The position numbers and the translations under genes were made by a program. DNA of 64,000 bases, taken from Tubiluchus corallicola (taxonomy: Eukaryota; Animalia; Priapulida). The notes below the pieces were generated by a model. The model worked only from the letters and a program-made list of their open reading frames with translations, was not told the DNA's origin and ran no database searches. The DNA lies in the NCBI GenBank assembly GCA_030141605.1, contig JAQGDQ010000080.1, forward strand, positions 641,756-705,755, given 5' to 3'. Positions 50,086 to 63,700 of the stretch are shown one piece after another (the stretch's first letter is position 1; each line of letters starts with the position of its first letter).

Positions 50086-50615
50086 ACACTATCACCAACT
50101 CATAAAAACTATTCTTCCAGAAATAGAATCTTTATGACACATTAAAATTTCAAAAGTTTCTGAAGTTGTATTCCAAGCGTTTGCATGCAGTATGTGAGAT
50201 AAATGGTGCAAATGTCAATTATTAAGTGCAAGAAAGACTTCATTTGTCATAAGGTTTTACTTTGCTACTCTACGTCTAGCAAAAAGTTATGTACAACACT
50301 GTACAGTAAACCCTCCTTACAACGGATTTTGGATAAGACGGTTTATTTTTGCTGTCTGGTTTGTAACTTTGTTATGGTTGCAATGGTCCAGAGTCCAGTA
50401 TAACAAATGTATATATGCATGACTTTTCTACATCCAGGTTAAACTCACAATGCAATTTTTAACCTTGCATGATAAGTTGATCTTGCATGCACTTAACTTC
50501 TGATAATGAACTCTATCAAAAACAATATTATGTCAATAATTATAAGATAAACTATTATGGTACTCTGTTGTTTCAGAGCCCCCAGTTGACAGAAAAAGGC
50601 CGACCTGACTATCAC

Positions 50616-51947
50616 CTAGTTGACTTAAATGACCAGAACGTTGAGATTTTAGTAATCTGTTGTAAGCACAGTTATTGCTAATTTCTTATACATTTATTAC
50701 AACTGAAAAATGTTGTTAAAATAGGTCCGCCTGTGCATGCAATGCCAGGCTGTTGATAACGACTTCTGAACGCTTTCAAAGCCTTCCACACTTAACAGTC
50801 TCATATCAGTTTTATGTTTGACCATCCACCTTTTGCTGGGTAGATAATCTTGACACTAAATAAATAAAGGTTAAGTAATGGATCATCTGCAATGTAATGT
50901 ATTATATGTGACCCTGCGTTGCAAATCCGTCCATAGTGCGCTAGTTATCAATTTTTATGCATACATACATATTCTTATTCTCCTGTTCATTGTGATCATT
51001 TTGGTACCAGTTTCAGCTATCTAGGTTGCTTCTGAGCGAAGATGAGCGGATGGCAAAAAAATCAAACTTAAAATTGAGAGAAGATGGCTTTCAAAGTTTG
51101 TGTTACAATTTTCAGTAAATTTACATAACAACTGAGAAAGGTGTTGGTTACTATGGGGTTTGGGAGAGAACTATTAAACAGCAGTGTACAAACTAATCCG
51201 ATAGAAGACTCGGGTAGCGTACAGCATGCCAGTCATAATAAAAAAACACGTTTGAAATCATGATCGGCATGCAGAGTTACAACAGGTTTAGTCATGCCAT
51301 TTTTTCCTGCTATACAAGCACCCGAAATAGTAAGGGTTTAGTTTTTTAATAATTTTTCTAATAAAAACTAATATTTTAGGCAAAATAATAGTACAGCATG
51401 ATAGCAAAATAGTCTTAGTTAGAAAAAAAGCAAAACCCGAAAATTGATAAAAATTGACTATTCTGACTTTTTTACCTGTACCTCTATAATTAAATTAGCG
51501 CACTACGGACGGTTTTGCCATGCACGATCACATATATATATTAATAGATATATTATACAGTTTACTGCATTTAAGATATATGACTATACTGCAATAGAAC
51601 ACAATGAATATTTCCTAGGTAAATGTAGGTAAAATATATTTAAAGGAAGACCGGACGATTGTTTAGATTCAATATCATTTTAATTTACTGTCCAAAATAA
51701 ACATTTTCTTGTCAATACAAGTTAACAATTGTTCCTTGTATTTGAATAATTAGCTTAGAAAGTTAATTAGCGGCAACCGAACACAGCTATTGCTTACATC
51801 AGAAACTAACCACAGTTTGTGTAACGGCAAGCATCTTCCCTTGCACGTCAAGCAAATTTGCATAGGTGTTACAGTACTGCTTAAACACATGTCTCGAAAA
51901 ATGGGCTTTACATCATATGGCATCAAGAAACTAACACAGCAGTTCAT
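50616..51947 (-). CDS. Candidate upstream coding exons of the glutaredoxin (N-terminal extension)
   Basis: Exon 51798-51947 (donor GAT|GTAAGC, phase 0) and micro-exon 50616-50656 (CAG|...AG|GTGATA, phase 0 to 2) splice in frame to the phase-2 acceptor at 49739. Confidence 0.4.
50904..51535. mobile_element. Non-autonomous TIR element with about 40-bp TIRs, superfamily unassigned
   Basis: ATATGTGACCCTGCGTTGCAAATCCGTCCATAGTGCGCTA at the left versus reverse complement ATATGTGATCGTGCATGGCAAAACCGTCCGTAGTGCGCTA at the right; AT-dinucleotide flanks. Confidence 0.8.
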
Positions 51948-52279
51948 GATGGTGGTTATCACGGAACTGCCTTCTACTGGTATATGTGACAAAAATGCGC
52001 AACTGCCAATCTTAGTAGATTCACTGAGTCGTGCATAGCTTTGAAAGTTTAACGAAATTTGAGTATCCGAGGTAATTATTATTTAATCTGAGCTTTGATT
52101 TAAAATAAGCTATTGAACGTATTGTAGTTTTCAATATTTTAGAGCATTCTTTATTTTTGAACTCGTGTTTACACAATCATTCGGTTCTCCTTCAATAAGG
52201 CAGAATTTTTCACGTTTGATAAAGTCTATGTACCAGAAGTTAGATCTCATTTGAGGCCTCCAAAAGTTGCTAAAATACA

Positions 52280-52390
52280 GGAAAATGTGTTGGTGGCCGG
52301 GGCGCTGGGAAACTTACACAGTTACAGCGCTCCCCCAGACCCCCTAGCTGCTTGTGCGTAAAATTTGTTAAACTCTGGCGACGCCCATAA
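52280..52390. repeat. GC-rich interspersed repeat fragment
   Basis: GGCCGGGGCGCTGGG...TTACAGCGCTCCCCCAGACCCCCTAGCTG, a motif I recall from invertebrate MITEs; ends ...CTGGCGACGCCCATA. Confidence 0.45.
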
Positions 52391-53073
52391 TGCCAGTGAC
52401 AATTTTATGTTAGGTTAGTAACTGGAGTTCACAATGGAGTTCTACGCAAAATGCATTTATAACAATCCATGTATGCACGACTTCGCCTTTGCGGTATGCA
52501 AAAACTATGCCGTGAAAGCTAGTATAGCTCGGCGCGAATGCGTGAATGCCGTCTCATCCAGACCGGTTGACACAAGTTCGCCATACATTAATGCCATGAT
52601 CTTTGCCCTTTTGCAATTCACAGTTAGATTTTGATTTCTGACGGACTTCGATAGTAACGTTGACACAATATACTAGTTTTCAAAAATAATCTCATAAATT
52701 GCATCATATTACTGGTCATTGCAATTAATTTCGTAAAAAATAAGAAAATTTAAATGAATGAAAAATGGTGGTTTCAAAGATTTACTGCATTTGGATTTCT
52801 TGAACAATTAGTTTTGGAAGTGGTGCTGAGAAGCCATTGGCATAGCATAATCTAGTTTTTTGCTGGATTAACTGCTGTGTTTACCTGTCTTAAAGACAGA
52901 TTTCTTTTATTTTAGAGGTCTGTCTGCCCAATGTTTACAATATACGTAATAGGCATATGATGATGAACAATTTTTTGAACTCCATATGGCATTTGTCTTC
53001 ATTTTCGCATTCCCATAGCTACGATTATCATTATTATCAATATAATGATCATGGTGATAATGACGATAATTGC

Positions 53074-53251
<178 letters not shown>

Positions 53252-53269
53252 ACTAGTAGCATATATAAC

Positions 53270-53625
53270 AATACAGACCCAGACCTTACAGTTGTTAATA
53301 AAATAATTATAGTGGTATACTTAACGCAAGCACTATATTATTATGATGAGCAGCATTTTAATTCATTGTACATAATTGTACGGGAACAACAATTCTAAAA
53401 GCCTCTTATCTCTATTGCATATAAATATTCGCATATATGATACTTATATGAAATTCTTTGGTAAAGCCTTCTTTATAAAGGAAAATATTCTTTTTACAGA
53501 ATCAAAATAACTTAAAGTTAATGATACAGATATCGAATCCATTTTTGTTGGAATTCAAATTAAAAAATGCAAAAATGTTATGGTGGAAACTATAATAATA
53601 GAACTCCTGGTAGCAATCCAAAAGA
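53270..53625 (+). mobile_element. Decayed LINE endonuclease (APE) N-terminal fragment
   Basis: DPDL...YYDEQHFNSL...LSLLHINIR...DTDIESIFVGIQIKKCKNVMV...RTPGSNP resembles the APE pattern HxNIRSL...ESIFxEI...IYRPP. Confidence 0.55.
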
Positions 53626-54260
53626 ATTTATAATTGTAGATAAATTATCAAAGTTAATGCTATCTGCAATTACCCTTTGCAGTCCTTAATATGAATGTCA
53701 GATTAATGATGTATGAAAGGGTAGTACTGCAGATCAGAAAAACAGTAAAAAGAAGAAAACAAGACAATAAATAATTATTGTCAATAAGTAAATCAGTGTA
53801 AATAATTAAAATTATTAAAATAAAATTAATTACGTAAACTCAAGCAAAAGAACACAATTTCGGGAGGACAATAAGAATTCTGTAAGTAACAAGAAAAACT
53901 ATGAAGTGGCTTAATTATACTGAGTGAAACACACCGAGTACTTGCAAATAACATAACAATAGCAATGTAGTATTGCAACATCAATGTAATCTAAAAGAAA
54001 CATTTCTTAATGATAACAACAGAATTACCAAAACAACAGTAACAACAACAAAGTGAAAAATTACGAACAAAAAAGCACACAGCATTAGCTTAATTGAACA
54101 AAATTAGGCGAAAGATGATTAATATTATAATAATGAAGGCAAATAATAACCATTATTGTAATCAATTTAACTAAATGTTTTTTTATCAAAAAAACTAAAG
54201 TTGGCGTCCTAGACATAGATCCTAGCCCAGAGACAACTGACGTCTAACATCATTTTTGTT

Positions 54261-54656
54261 GACTGCCCAATCACCGTGCAAGTTATTTCACACACCTGCA
54301 GCAAGTACGTTCGGGACATTTAGCTACAGTACCGTCTAACACTGTTATGAAAAATGCCCAGCTTTTTATTGGTTAGCACGAGAAATATTAGCCTGGTTCT
54401 AGATTTTATTATTGTCATTTGAAATTACAAGTGAATTGGTGGAAATACATAGTCTAGTTTTGCTTATAGGAAGGAATGCACAATGCTTACGTCTCTGAGT
54501 TGCTGATTAAACCACTTTGCAATCAAGAAAATAGGCATTTTAGTTTAGTTTATGGCTTTGCAAATTAGATAAAAACAACTATTTGATTAACTTTAAATAA
54601 GGACAAAACAAAATGTTTTATCTGTCTATAGTTTTTATGAACCTCAATGAGATCTT
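54261..54656 (+). repeat. Interspersed repeat, shorter copy (related to 13751-14525)
   Basis: Collinear similarity to the copy in a TAF5L intron, lacking about 340 bp of its interior. Confidence 0.75.
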
Positions 54657-54898
54657 CACATATTATTGCAAAAAAGTTCGTCAACTCTTGCGAAAAAAGT
54701 GCTGAAAATTTGCTAAAATGACTTCGAAAATAGCGCGCGGATAATGATGAAGTAAGTAGAATTATACCATCATCCGTACTTTTGCATTCAATGTTTTGTT
54801 TTCTTATGTGTGGAGTTACTGGTGTACTGTAGTCCGCAAATCTATAATCGTAATGGCAAGGAGTCAGCTGTTTCCATAATTACTCGCAGTTAAAAATA

Positions 54899-57800
54899 AT
54901 GTGGGTCAAGCCAGATGAAGTACTATTGGCACATGCTCTTTGGTAACCAAGTATTTTGCTAATACAATCTGAGATTGTATCTTGTAGTAAAGGCTCTAAT
55001 TGCAGTTTGTTCGTTAAAGCTATGTCGATTATAGTATAGATACGCTTTGGATATTAGGCACGAACTTTTGCATTGTGAGTTGATCGCCATGGTCAGTATA
55101 TGCAACAACTTACCCAAAGAAAATCTATAACCATAGAATGGAATCGCTATAACTTTGTTAGTTACACATATCTTGTAATATATGTAATTTGGTTTTTGTA
55201 ATTTTATTCTATCCCAAACTGTTATTTGTGTATTTGAATAAGTCTTAGCTTGTTTTGCTCTTTTCTGTAAGATAATAAAAAGTAAGAACTACCATGTAAA
55301 ATTGTCATTCAAATGTGAAGTTGAAAACCCACCTCAACTTGCTTTGTATTTCATGCTTGTATAGTAAATTGCGAGATTTAAATTAGAATTTGTTGTAATA
55401 AATTGACAAATTAGAAAATAGGAAAAAGTTGGGACTTAAGGCTGGCATTTGAGTTACCTAGTAGTTCACCCATCCAGCCAGAAAGGCATAATGTCACTTT
55501 CAGATGGTGAGTTTTCTTTATGATACAGCAAACTGCAACTGTGAACTGCATTGCGAGTTTCTGTCAGCAAGTTGTTGCACACTCTCCAAAGGTTATTGAC
55601 TTGATTCCCTGTAAGATATTTCTAATGTGAATGCCTGGGTGAGTTACTCTCAACTCTTCCCGCAGTGAATAGAGAAGGGATTGTCAGCTCACACTTACTG
55701 TCAGCGAGTAACTCTCAACAAGTTTTGCACCTAGTCTGAGTGCACTTGCTAGTTACTTGGCGAAAAAGCCTGCTAGTCTGAACATGCCGTTAAACTGTTG
55801 CATGTAGGCCTGTTAACGTTTTGTATCAGTCCCAGGGTTTCCACATTTGTGTATTATGTATTACATGTTGCAAACAAATTTTGTTAGGCACTTCTTGCTT
55901 TACTAAATAGAAGCGCTGTCAACAAAGGATATGTGATACTCGGACATGGACACTTGAGCATATCAGAGTTGTTTGGGCAAGAACATTTTGGCACCAGTAA
56001 AATTTTATGTGCCATGCTGAAAGAAATACTTTAGGGTGTGCAAATTTTTTGACAAGATATTTGACATTCACTTGTTGGACTAAACCGTGTTGTGGTGTAC
56101 GTATGAGTCACCAAGCTATTTAAAAATTCTTGGGATATTGGAGATCATTTTGTAAGTTTAAAGAACTGCATGCCTCCGATACCACCCACACAGGCAATGT
56201 TATGAATGACAGTAATCAGCAGTATTTACAGCATTTCTTTTTCAAACTTCTATGAAATTATTGTGTTCTAATTTGGAGTTGGTCCTACTTGGATGCAACA
56301 GAAAAATCTCATGCACATGGACTAATTTTGATGCACATAAAGCAGTGGTGCAGCTTGCATGATTTTATACCTTTTTCCAAAATATTCTTTCAATTTTTTG
56401 GTGCCTTTGATATTTTTGGTGCATTAAATGATTGCTTGTTTCAGTTATATGGTGCTGTTGATCAGCCTGACTGTCTTAGCATAAGAAGTCTACTGTTAAG
56501 AGATATATAATTATGAGTAAATGATTTCCAGAACATTTTTGACATTTTTGGAAGTGATTTATTTAGAATAATTGAAAATTGATTTTTTTTTATGGATTTG
56601 CTTATAATTTGTGACACAGCCTCATTTGTGATACAGTTTTCAGGTTTTTTTTCAATTTGTAAACAGGGCTACAGAAAGAGCAAATCCATACTTTATCCTG
56701 CAGTGTAGGAAAGGTCATACTAAGGGTGGTTTAACATCTCTTCTGGTAGGAACGCTGGACACAGTTTTTGATACAAAGGTATTTTAGTTTACAGCAACTT
56801 GTGTTTTTTTTTTGTAACATATTAAACTGGAGACTTTTATAATATCTTTTTTCCTGTTTATTTTTTTGGAATGTATAAGTAACATTCTGGAACTGGGATT
56901 AAAGTGATGATAGAGCTTGTGACTTCATACAGGTTTTAAAATTGGAATACTTCTTATTTGTTATTGTTTGTTTATTTCCTTACAGCCAGCACCGTACAGA
57001 ATTTTACACCAAACACCAGGTTCTGAATTGAGCTATGGTAAACCTATTTTGCACTTTTTTATGTTACCTTGCTAAATTATTTAATGCATATTATTTTATT
57101 TGGTATTACACAAGATTGTACATTTATCGATACTTCTTGTGCTTGTGTTTATAAGGCTGGCAGACCAAATATTTTTTGAATTGCACAAATTTTATACAGT
57201 AGGCGCCGCATAATTTGCTCGCGGTTAATAGACTCAATCGCTTAATTGACTCAAAAATGCCTGGTACGGACCACTTCTATTCTAACGTACATAAAAACTG
57301 TAATGTTCATAGAACCAATCATGTTAAGTACTGTTTTATTTGTAAGCAGGAACGTTTATCATATGCTAATATGCTAGCCTAATGGTTTCATTTGACCCGC
57401 CCAACCACTGCAATTAACCTCGTTACCCAAGAATTCTTGGAAGCTAAACATTTAATCACTTGATTAGCAGTTTACTTTTGAGCTCTGGCTGTCTTTACCA
57501 GAAAGCTTAATAAGTTTCCCAAAGCTGTTATGCCAGGGACGCAGGTACAGTACATTTAGTACATCACAATTATAACAAGCGGGAGCTACAGACAACTAAA
57601 GGCGAAACTACAAACAAAGCTACTTGCGAGGAAACATGGACATCACTAACAGTTTAAGCATGCCAAGCACCAAGTATTTTACGAGAATTTGTGCATCAAA
57701 CAACAAACAGATTTTAAATGTTTTTATCATTATAAGAAGTTTGTGAACCAACTTCTTCGCAATAAAATGGAGCAGCCACCTTTGAAGGAATTTTTGTAAT

Positions 57801-60800
57801 TTTTGCAAATAAACAGACTTGTGTGATTTTGAAAAGTATACTTTTCAATTTATTGCTAATTCACTTATATAAATTAATATTTCCAAATGTGTTTTTTTTA
57901 ATAATTCACTATACAAAAGAATTTAGGCATTACTTCGTTTCTATAAAATTCATTAAAAACCTTTGCACTGCATACTAAGCTGATGACTCATACTTCTATA
58001 CCAGTAATACTACACTCTTCGGTTAATAGGTTCAGTCGGTTAATTGGGTCAAAACACTTCGGTCCCACTAAGCGGCGCCTACTGTATATTGTAAATAGCC
58101 TTAGTGTAGAGCAGTTTATTACTTTACATGCTAAGTTGTTGTTGCAATTTAATTCATTCTAATTTTTTAAGTGCAGGTATTTTTAATTTATTTTACTAGC
58201 TGTGGCAATTGCAGACAATCGACAAGAAATTACTTTTCATTGGGAATGGCTTGAACACAACTTGATGCTGTCATTAGGTTTGTATTTATGCATTTGCTTT
58301 TAAGTCAATTTCCAAATACCTAATAATGTAAGTTGCTAGTTACGCTGTCGTTACTGCACTTTGATGTTACACAGGTGAATTTGAGACAGATGATGAGATC
58401 ACAGACTTTGTACGGTGCAAAATAGAAAGCTTACTTGCTCAAACATCTTCAGAATTACCGCGAAAAGAAAATGAAGGTAATGAAATTTAATTAAGTCCAT
58501 CTTTCTTTTTCTATCAATTGGTATTTTGTATTGTGGCCTACTTGAAATAAGTAATTTCCAAATACTTCTCTAAGATTGTTTGAAAAAATATGTATATTTA
58601 GAGAGAAAAATACATAGCCATTTAGCATGCCATAAAATACATAGCCATACTAGTAACCTCATAGTAAAATGGCCTGCAGAGATGACAGAGATGGAGATTA
58701 CACTCAATTCAAAGAGATGCTTGTAAAATTAATATTTTTACAGAGTGCCTTAGAAGAAATTTGTTGGCATTGCAGTGATGTGGGTTGTATGTTAAATTAT
58801 TTACAGATGATGATCCAGAAAGATTTAAAGCAGCTTCAAAGAGGTTTCAGAAGCTGTTCAAAATGCCAGCAGAAGAGAAACTAGTAAACTGTAAGAATGT
58901 AGTTGTTGCTATTACTGATTCTTATAACAATTACAGGTGTACACTTTCTATGTAGTGTTTTTCACAGATGTACATTTGATTTGTATATTGAAACTTATTG
59001 ACCTGGCCTGTTTTGTGTGTATGTGTGTGTGTGCGTGCGTGCGTGCGTGTGAGGGTGCGCATGTGCATGTATGTATGTGTGTGTACAGAAAACAGAATTT
59101 TCTTTTATGTTTGCTTGACCAATTACTTTAAAGGCCAAAAGGAAGAATCGTATTTTTTCTGGTACAGGAAACAAAGACTTATATTTAGCTTTTTAATTCA
59201 TTTATTATTCTGCTGCTTAATAAAAAAATAATGTTTATTTATGCTTTAATATTACATTTTGTGTTTTTTAGATTATTCATGTAGTTACTGGAAAGGGAAA
59301 GTTCCACGGCAAGGCTGGATGTACTTGAGCGTCAATCATCTGTGCTTTTACTCATTCCTAATGGGAAGAGAAGCCAAATTGCTCATTCGTTGGACAGATG
59401 TTACAGTATGATAATAAAATTTAAATATTGTTAAATTTTTAAAACCTGTTTGCTCACAGTGAGAATAAAAGCAAGTCTTTGTATATTATTATTAGTCGTA
59501 ATTAATTTTATAAAGAAGTAAACTTTAACAGATTTTTTGATGTGTGCTTTTCCTTGCATATTTTTGTGATAAAAAAGTGATTGGTTGAACTCCCTCAAAC
59601 TAGACGCATACTTTTATTTTATAGATTATTTAACTGTATGATTTACCATCAGGTGCTTATTTTGATCGTTAGGATCCATGCAAAATCAGTCCTTATAATA
59701 AATTCAACACTGTATTGAAGTAAGAGCTAGCATAACTGCACAGTCAATTAGTAACTTAATTATATGTAAAAGCCTTACATGTAATTAACATAATCAGTTG
59801 CATAATTAGCTGCAGAGAGATTTAGTGATCACCAATGTTTATTCTTAATCTTTAACATGACCGAAAAATTGAAACGTGACAAAAAGCGATCCAAGAAGTA
59901 TAAGTTGTGAAACATGTAAACATTTTGACGACCATCCAGCAAACTATTTTATTTGAAAGATTATTAATCTTCCTGGTTTTTTAGTTCCAAGATTCACAAG
60001 ATTCATGAATACTATATAAGGTTTTCTGTTTTCCTGTGTGTGTGTGGGCGCTTAGCAGACAATCTAGTCAGAGCTTGTCCAATTTGAAGGTGGTATTGCA
60101 AGTTTGTAGCAGAGCTGTATTGTTGTACGTAGTATGAAGATTATTCAAATTTGACGTTGTGCATTTTGATTGTCTGTGTGATTAATGTATCATGATTACA
60201 AACTCATTAACACATTTAAATTTTCAGGATTTAGGAAGCACAAATTCGTATGTCTTTCCAGATAGTATCAAGGTTTCCACCAGAAATGTCCCAGTAAGTA
60301 GCAAGCAAGAATCCTTTCATTAATAATACTGGATCTACACTCTGCTCTAATTACGTAAATGTGTCATACAGCAAAATGTGCAAAGTATTCCATGCTTCAC
60401 TAAAGTATTCGATGAAAGATTCATAATTATGTGCAGCAATTTTGCTCAAAACTAAACTTATTACTTTGAATTTGTGTTTTTCAGTATTATTTTTCTATGT
60501 TCTTGCACAAAGCGGAGACATTACGTTTAATGGAGCAACTGGCCAATATGGCTATGAAACAGTAAGAAAGTTTAATATGATAAGAAATCTAAATCTAAAG
60601 TTTAAGCAGATAAAAAGTTTTTTGTTTAAGTAGGAGCAGTTTTTGTTATACGATTATTGCCCTCCACAGTCACGTTGTTTTTTTCATAGCTGCTTTTTTC
60701 TCATTTCTTTATGTAATTCTTAGATGGAACAGTAGCCCATTCTTGTTATTTGCACCAAAGGCTCATTATCAAATATAGAAATCAGATTTTGTGCTAATTG

Positions 60801-62305
60801 TTGCTAACATTCATATTTTGGCTGTGTATGATCAGTGTGCATTCAAATTCAGTCTTTTAATATTTTATACATTGTATTTAATGAATGTACACGCAAGCAA
60901 ATTAAGTTTTGCTAATTTATTACTGTTAAATGTTTCAGACTAATTTCCGAAGAAGGATTTCAGGCTGATAAAGAACTCCCACAAAGAATAAGGTTAGTTG
61001 CTAGTTGTAATGTCTTGCTGTAATAATTCCTTACTAAAATCTTTAATATAGTTTGCCGTATGGTTAACAGTAACTGTGTTAGCAATGCTGTTTGTCATTG
61101 TGTATCTGATTTATTTGAACTATGGTGATTCTTAGGTAAACTATTGAAGTTTAATTTATACTATTTCTGAACATTTTGTAGCAACTATACGCCTAGACAG
61201 ATTTCATCCTTGAAGAGAGATCTCGATGCACGGCAAAGAAGTGAAGTGTACAGGTAATATAAGAAACACCTCACTACTGAATACTTTATGATCAGAAGCA
61301 ACTATTTGCATTCTTACATAATTTTTATGAACTAATATCTTTATATTTGCTTATATTTCCTAAACATGCAATGATAGTATATTTTTTTCTAGGATGAAAT
61401 TTAACTTACCTTCTACAGAGAAATTACATGGTGACACGGAATGTACATTGTGGACACCATACAATAAGCAGCATATTTGGGGAAGAATGTACATTTCTCT
61501 AAATTACATTTGTTATGAAAGTCGGGTAGGTGTATGTATACTTAATTTATTATGTTCACTTTTAGTATGATTTTTAACAGAGTTCCTGTTTTTTTGCACG
61601 GAAACCTTCACTAATGTTCATACAGCATTTAACTAGAAGTAGTATTTGTTAAAATATTTACTTCACATCGTTAGGCTGTTTCAAGTACAAGTCTTACCAA
61701 GTTCGCAAAACTGGATTTTTTGTAGCTTTGTTCTAGGCAGTCGAACTGTTCAGTTTAAGAGAAAAGTAATCATAACATTTCGACATTTTTGTGTCTATTA
61801 GTAAAATATAGACAGAAAACAATTATGGCTTGTAATCTCTGTGTAAGTTTTAAGGAGTCTCCTTATTATTAATTAATTACTGTTTTCTTAATATTTATTT
61901 ATTTATTTTTGAATTTTTCTATAGCTTTTTGTCATTTTGTACATTTTCTTTATGTTAGGTCAAAGATTTGGTATCGTTGGTACTTCCTATGAGAGAACTT
62001 TTTGTAGTTGAAAAAATAGAAAGTTGTACTGGTACAGTTGTTACAAATGGACTTCTTTTTACCACAAAATTAAAGGTATGTTGAAGTCAAAATTGAAAAC
62101 TTTCATTTCATTTCTGTTTCACTCTATTCCAATTCTCTTTCATAATTCGTTACTTTGCAGTCTTTCGTATCTTATAATTTTAACATTTTGGGCACTGTCT
62201 AACCTTGTTAATTTTTAGTCATTCATTGTTTCGAAATATTTTGTAACAGTGACTACAATTTTGCTACTTTATAAAATCCTCTATTATTATATTGTTTTCA
62301 GCTTG

Positions 62306-62342
<37 letters not shown>

Positions 62343-63700
62343 CATCATTTGTTATAATTTTGTAGACAAATTTCCTTTTTGCTGAGCTAAAGGACAGGCA
62401 GTTCATATTGGAAAAGATTTCTGACTTTCTGGCCAAAATTCCAGATCAGAAACAGTGAGTATGCTGCAATGAAGACTATGCCTATTACTATTCATTTTAT
62501 ATGCTTACCATACAATTGTGGTTTTCAGTTTTTCAGTACATACTATAATTAGTATACTGTATAACAATATGTATGCAAGCTCGAGTTTTTCTGCATAGAT
62601 CTCTAGGTGATAATGATCGTGAAAGTGTGACAAGTACTAGCAGCAGTAGCAGTTTTATCAAGATTGTGCGAGAAGCTGGTAGTGGCAATGGAACTGAAAG
62701 TGCATTGAGTACATCTCCATCCTCAGAAAGTGGATTTGTTAAACTAAGCCCGATGGAGGTGCCTGTTAAGCCGGAGGAAATTTATACAGGTAATTTTTAG
62801 CTCTGGACATTATTATTTTGTCAGTTTATAGGAAAGCCAATAGGTAGTAATCCATAATGTTAAACAAAATTTCACTTCTAACAAAAAATTGAAAAGGGAT
62901 AAGAATTGGTATGCTCTTGATTTCTATTAGATTTAATATCAGTTGGCAAAATTCCATAAAACAAGTAAAAATCGGAATGGTCTTTATCATGATTCGTCAT
63001 CATAACCTTTATAATCATCGTCACTCTTGTTATCATAATCGCCATTGTCATTAGCTTCATTTTCTCTTCATGTGGCAGGTAGCCTCAGCTCCAATCTGCC
63101 TGGAATTTCAAATCAGCCAGCTTTAATCAAAGTGTTTCCAATGCTCCATTCAGATATTGTCAAATCTCAGGAGAATGCTAAGGAACACTTGTGGAGTATG
63201 CATTTCACTGAATTTGGCAGGTGAGCTAAGCATCATCGTAGTTTCATTTCTCTATAACGAATTTCATAGTTTCTTTTTACATATTTTCTGCAGTATTCTT
63301 TTACGTGCACCCATTTATTCTAGTCGGATTTTGATCCATTTCTGTTTGCGAAGCAATTAATTTGTCATTCATCCACAGGAGTGTTGAGATAAGCTCCTGT
63401 TGACATACGATGTTTTTGATATTGGTCAGTAGTAGATTCCAAGTGCTGCATAGACCTTGTAAAGCAGTATTTACAACTTTGGTGTGATCTTCCTCAGTGC
63501 ATCACTAAAATTACTTTGCAGAATGATTTGCATATCTTCAAGAAAGTAATATTTAATTTTTTGTGTAATTTGCATTTTTTATGTAAATGCATACTACTTT
63601 TTACAGAGGCATATGTCATTATCGCACAACAGCCACACATCATCTCGTCATGAAGGGAATTCCTGAAAGCTTACGTGGTGAACAATGGCTGGTTTACTCA
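54899..63700 (+). CDS. TBC1D9: TBC1D9/TBC1D8-family Rab GTPase-activating protein (two GRAM domains and start of the TBC domain), 17 exons, partial
   Basis: Exons 54899-54942, 56667-56778, 56986-57037, 58200-58277, 58375-58476, 58807-58890, 59272-59405, 60228-60293, 60485-60561, 60939-60992, 61182-61253, 61393-61525, 61959-62075, 62366-62454, 62599-62789, 63079-63220, 63607-63700 (547 codons, open). [108 protein letters not shown]. Confidence 0.93.
57197..58084 (+). mobile_element. Tigger/pogo-type MITE in TBC1D9 intron 3
   Basis: TIRs CAGTAGGCGCCGC / GCGGCGCCTACTG with TA TSD; second copy at 38563-39555. Confidence 0.9.
62310..62337. repeat. (TA)n microsatellite
   Basis: Direct reading of the sequence. 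Confidence 0.85.

Noticed and set aside
49825-50145. 106-aa ORF
   Set aside because: Lies largely within a GC-rich MITE; no recognisable protein features.
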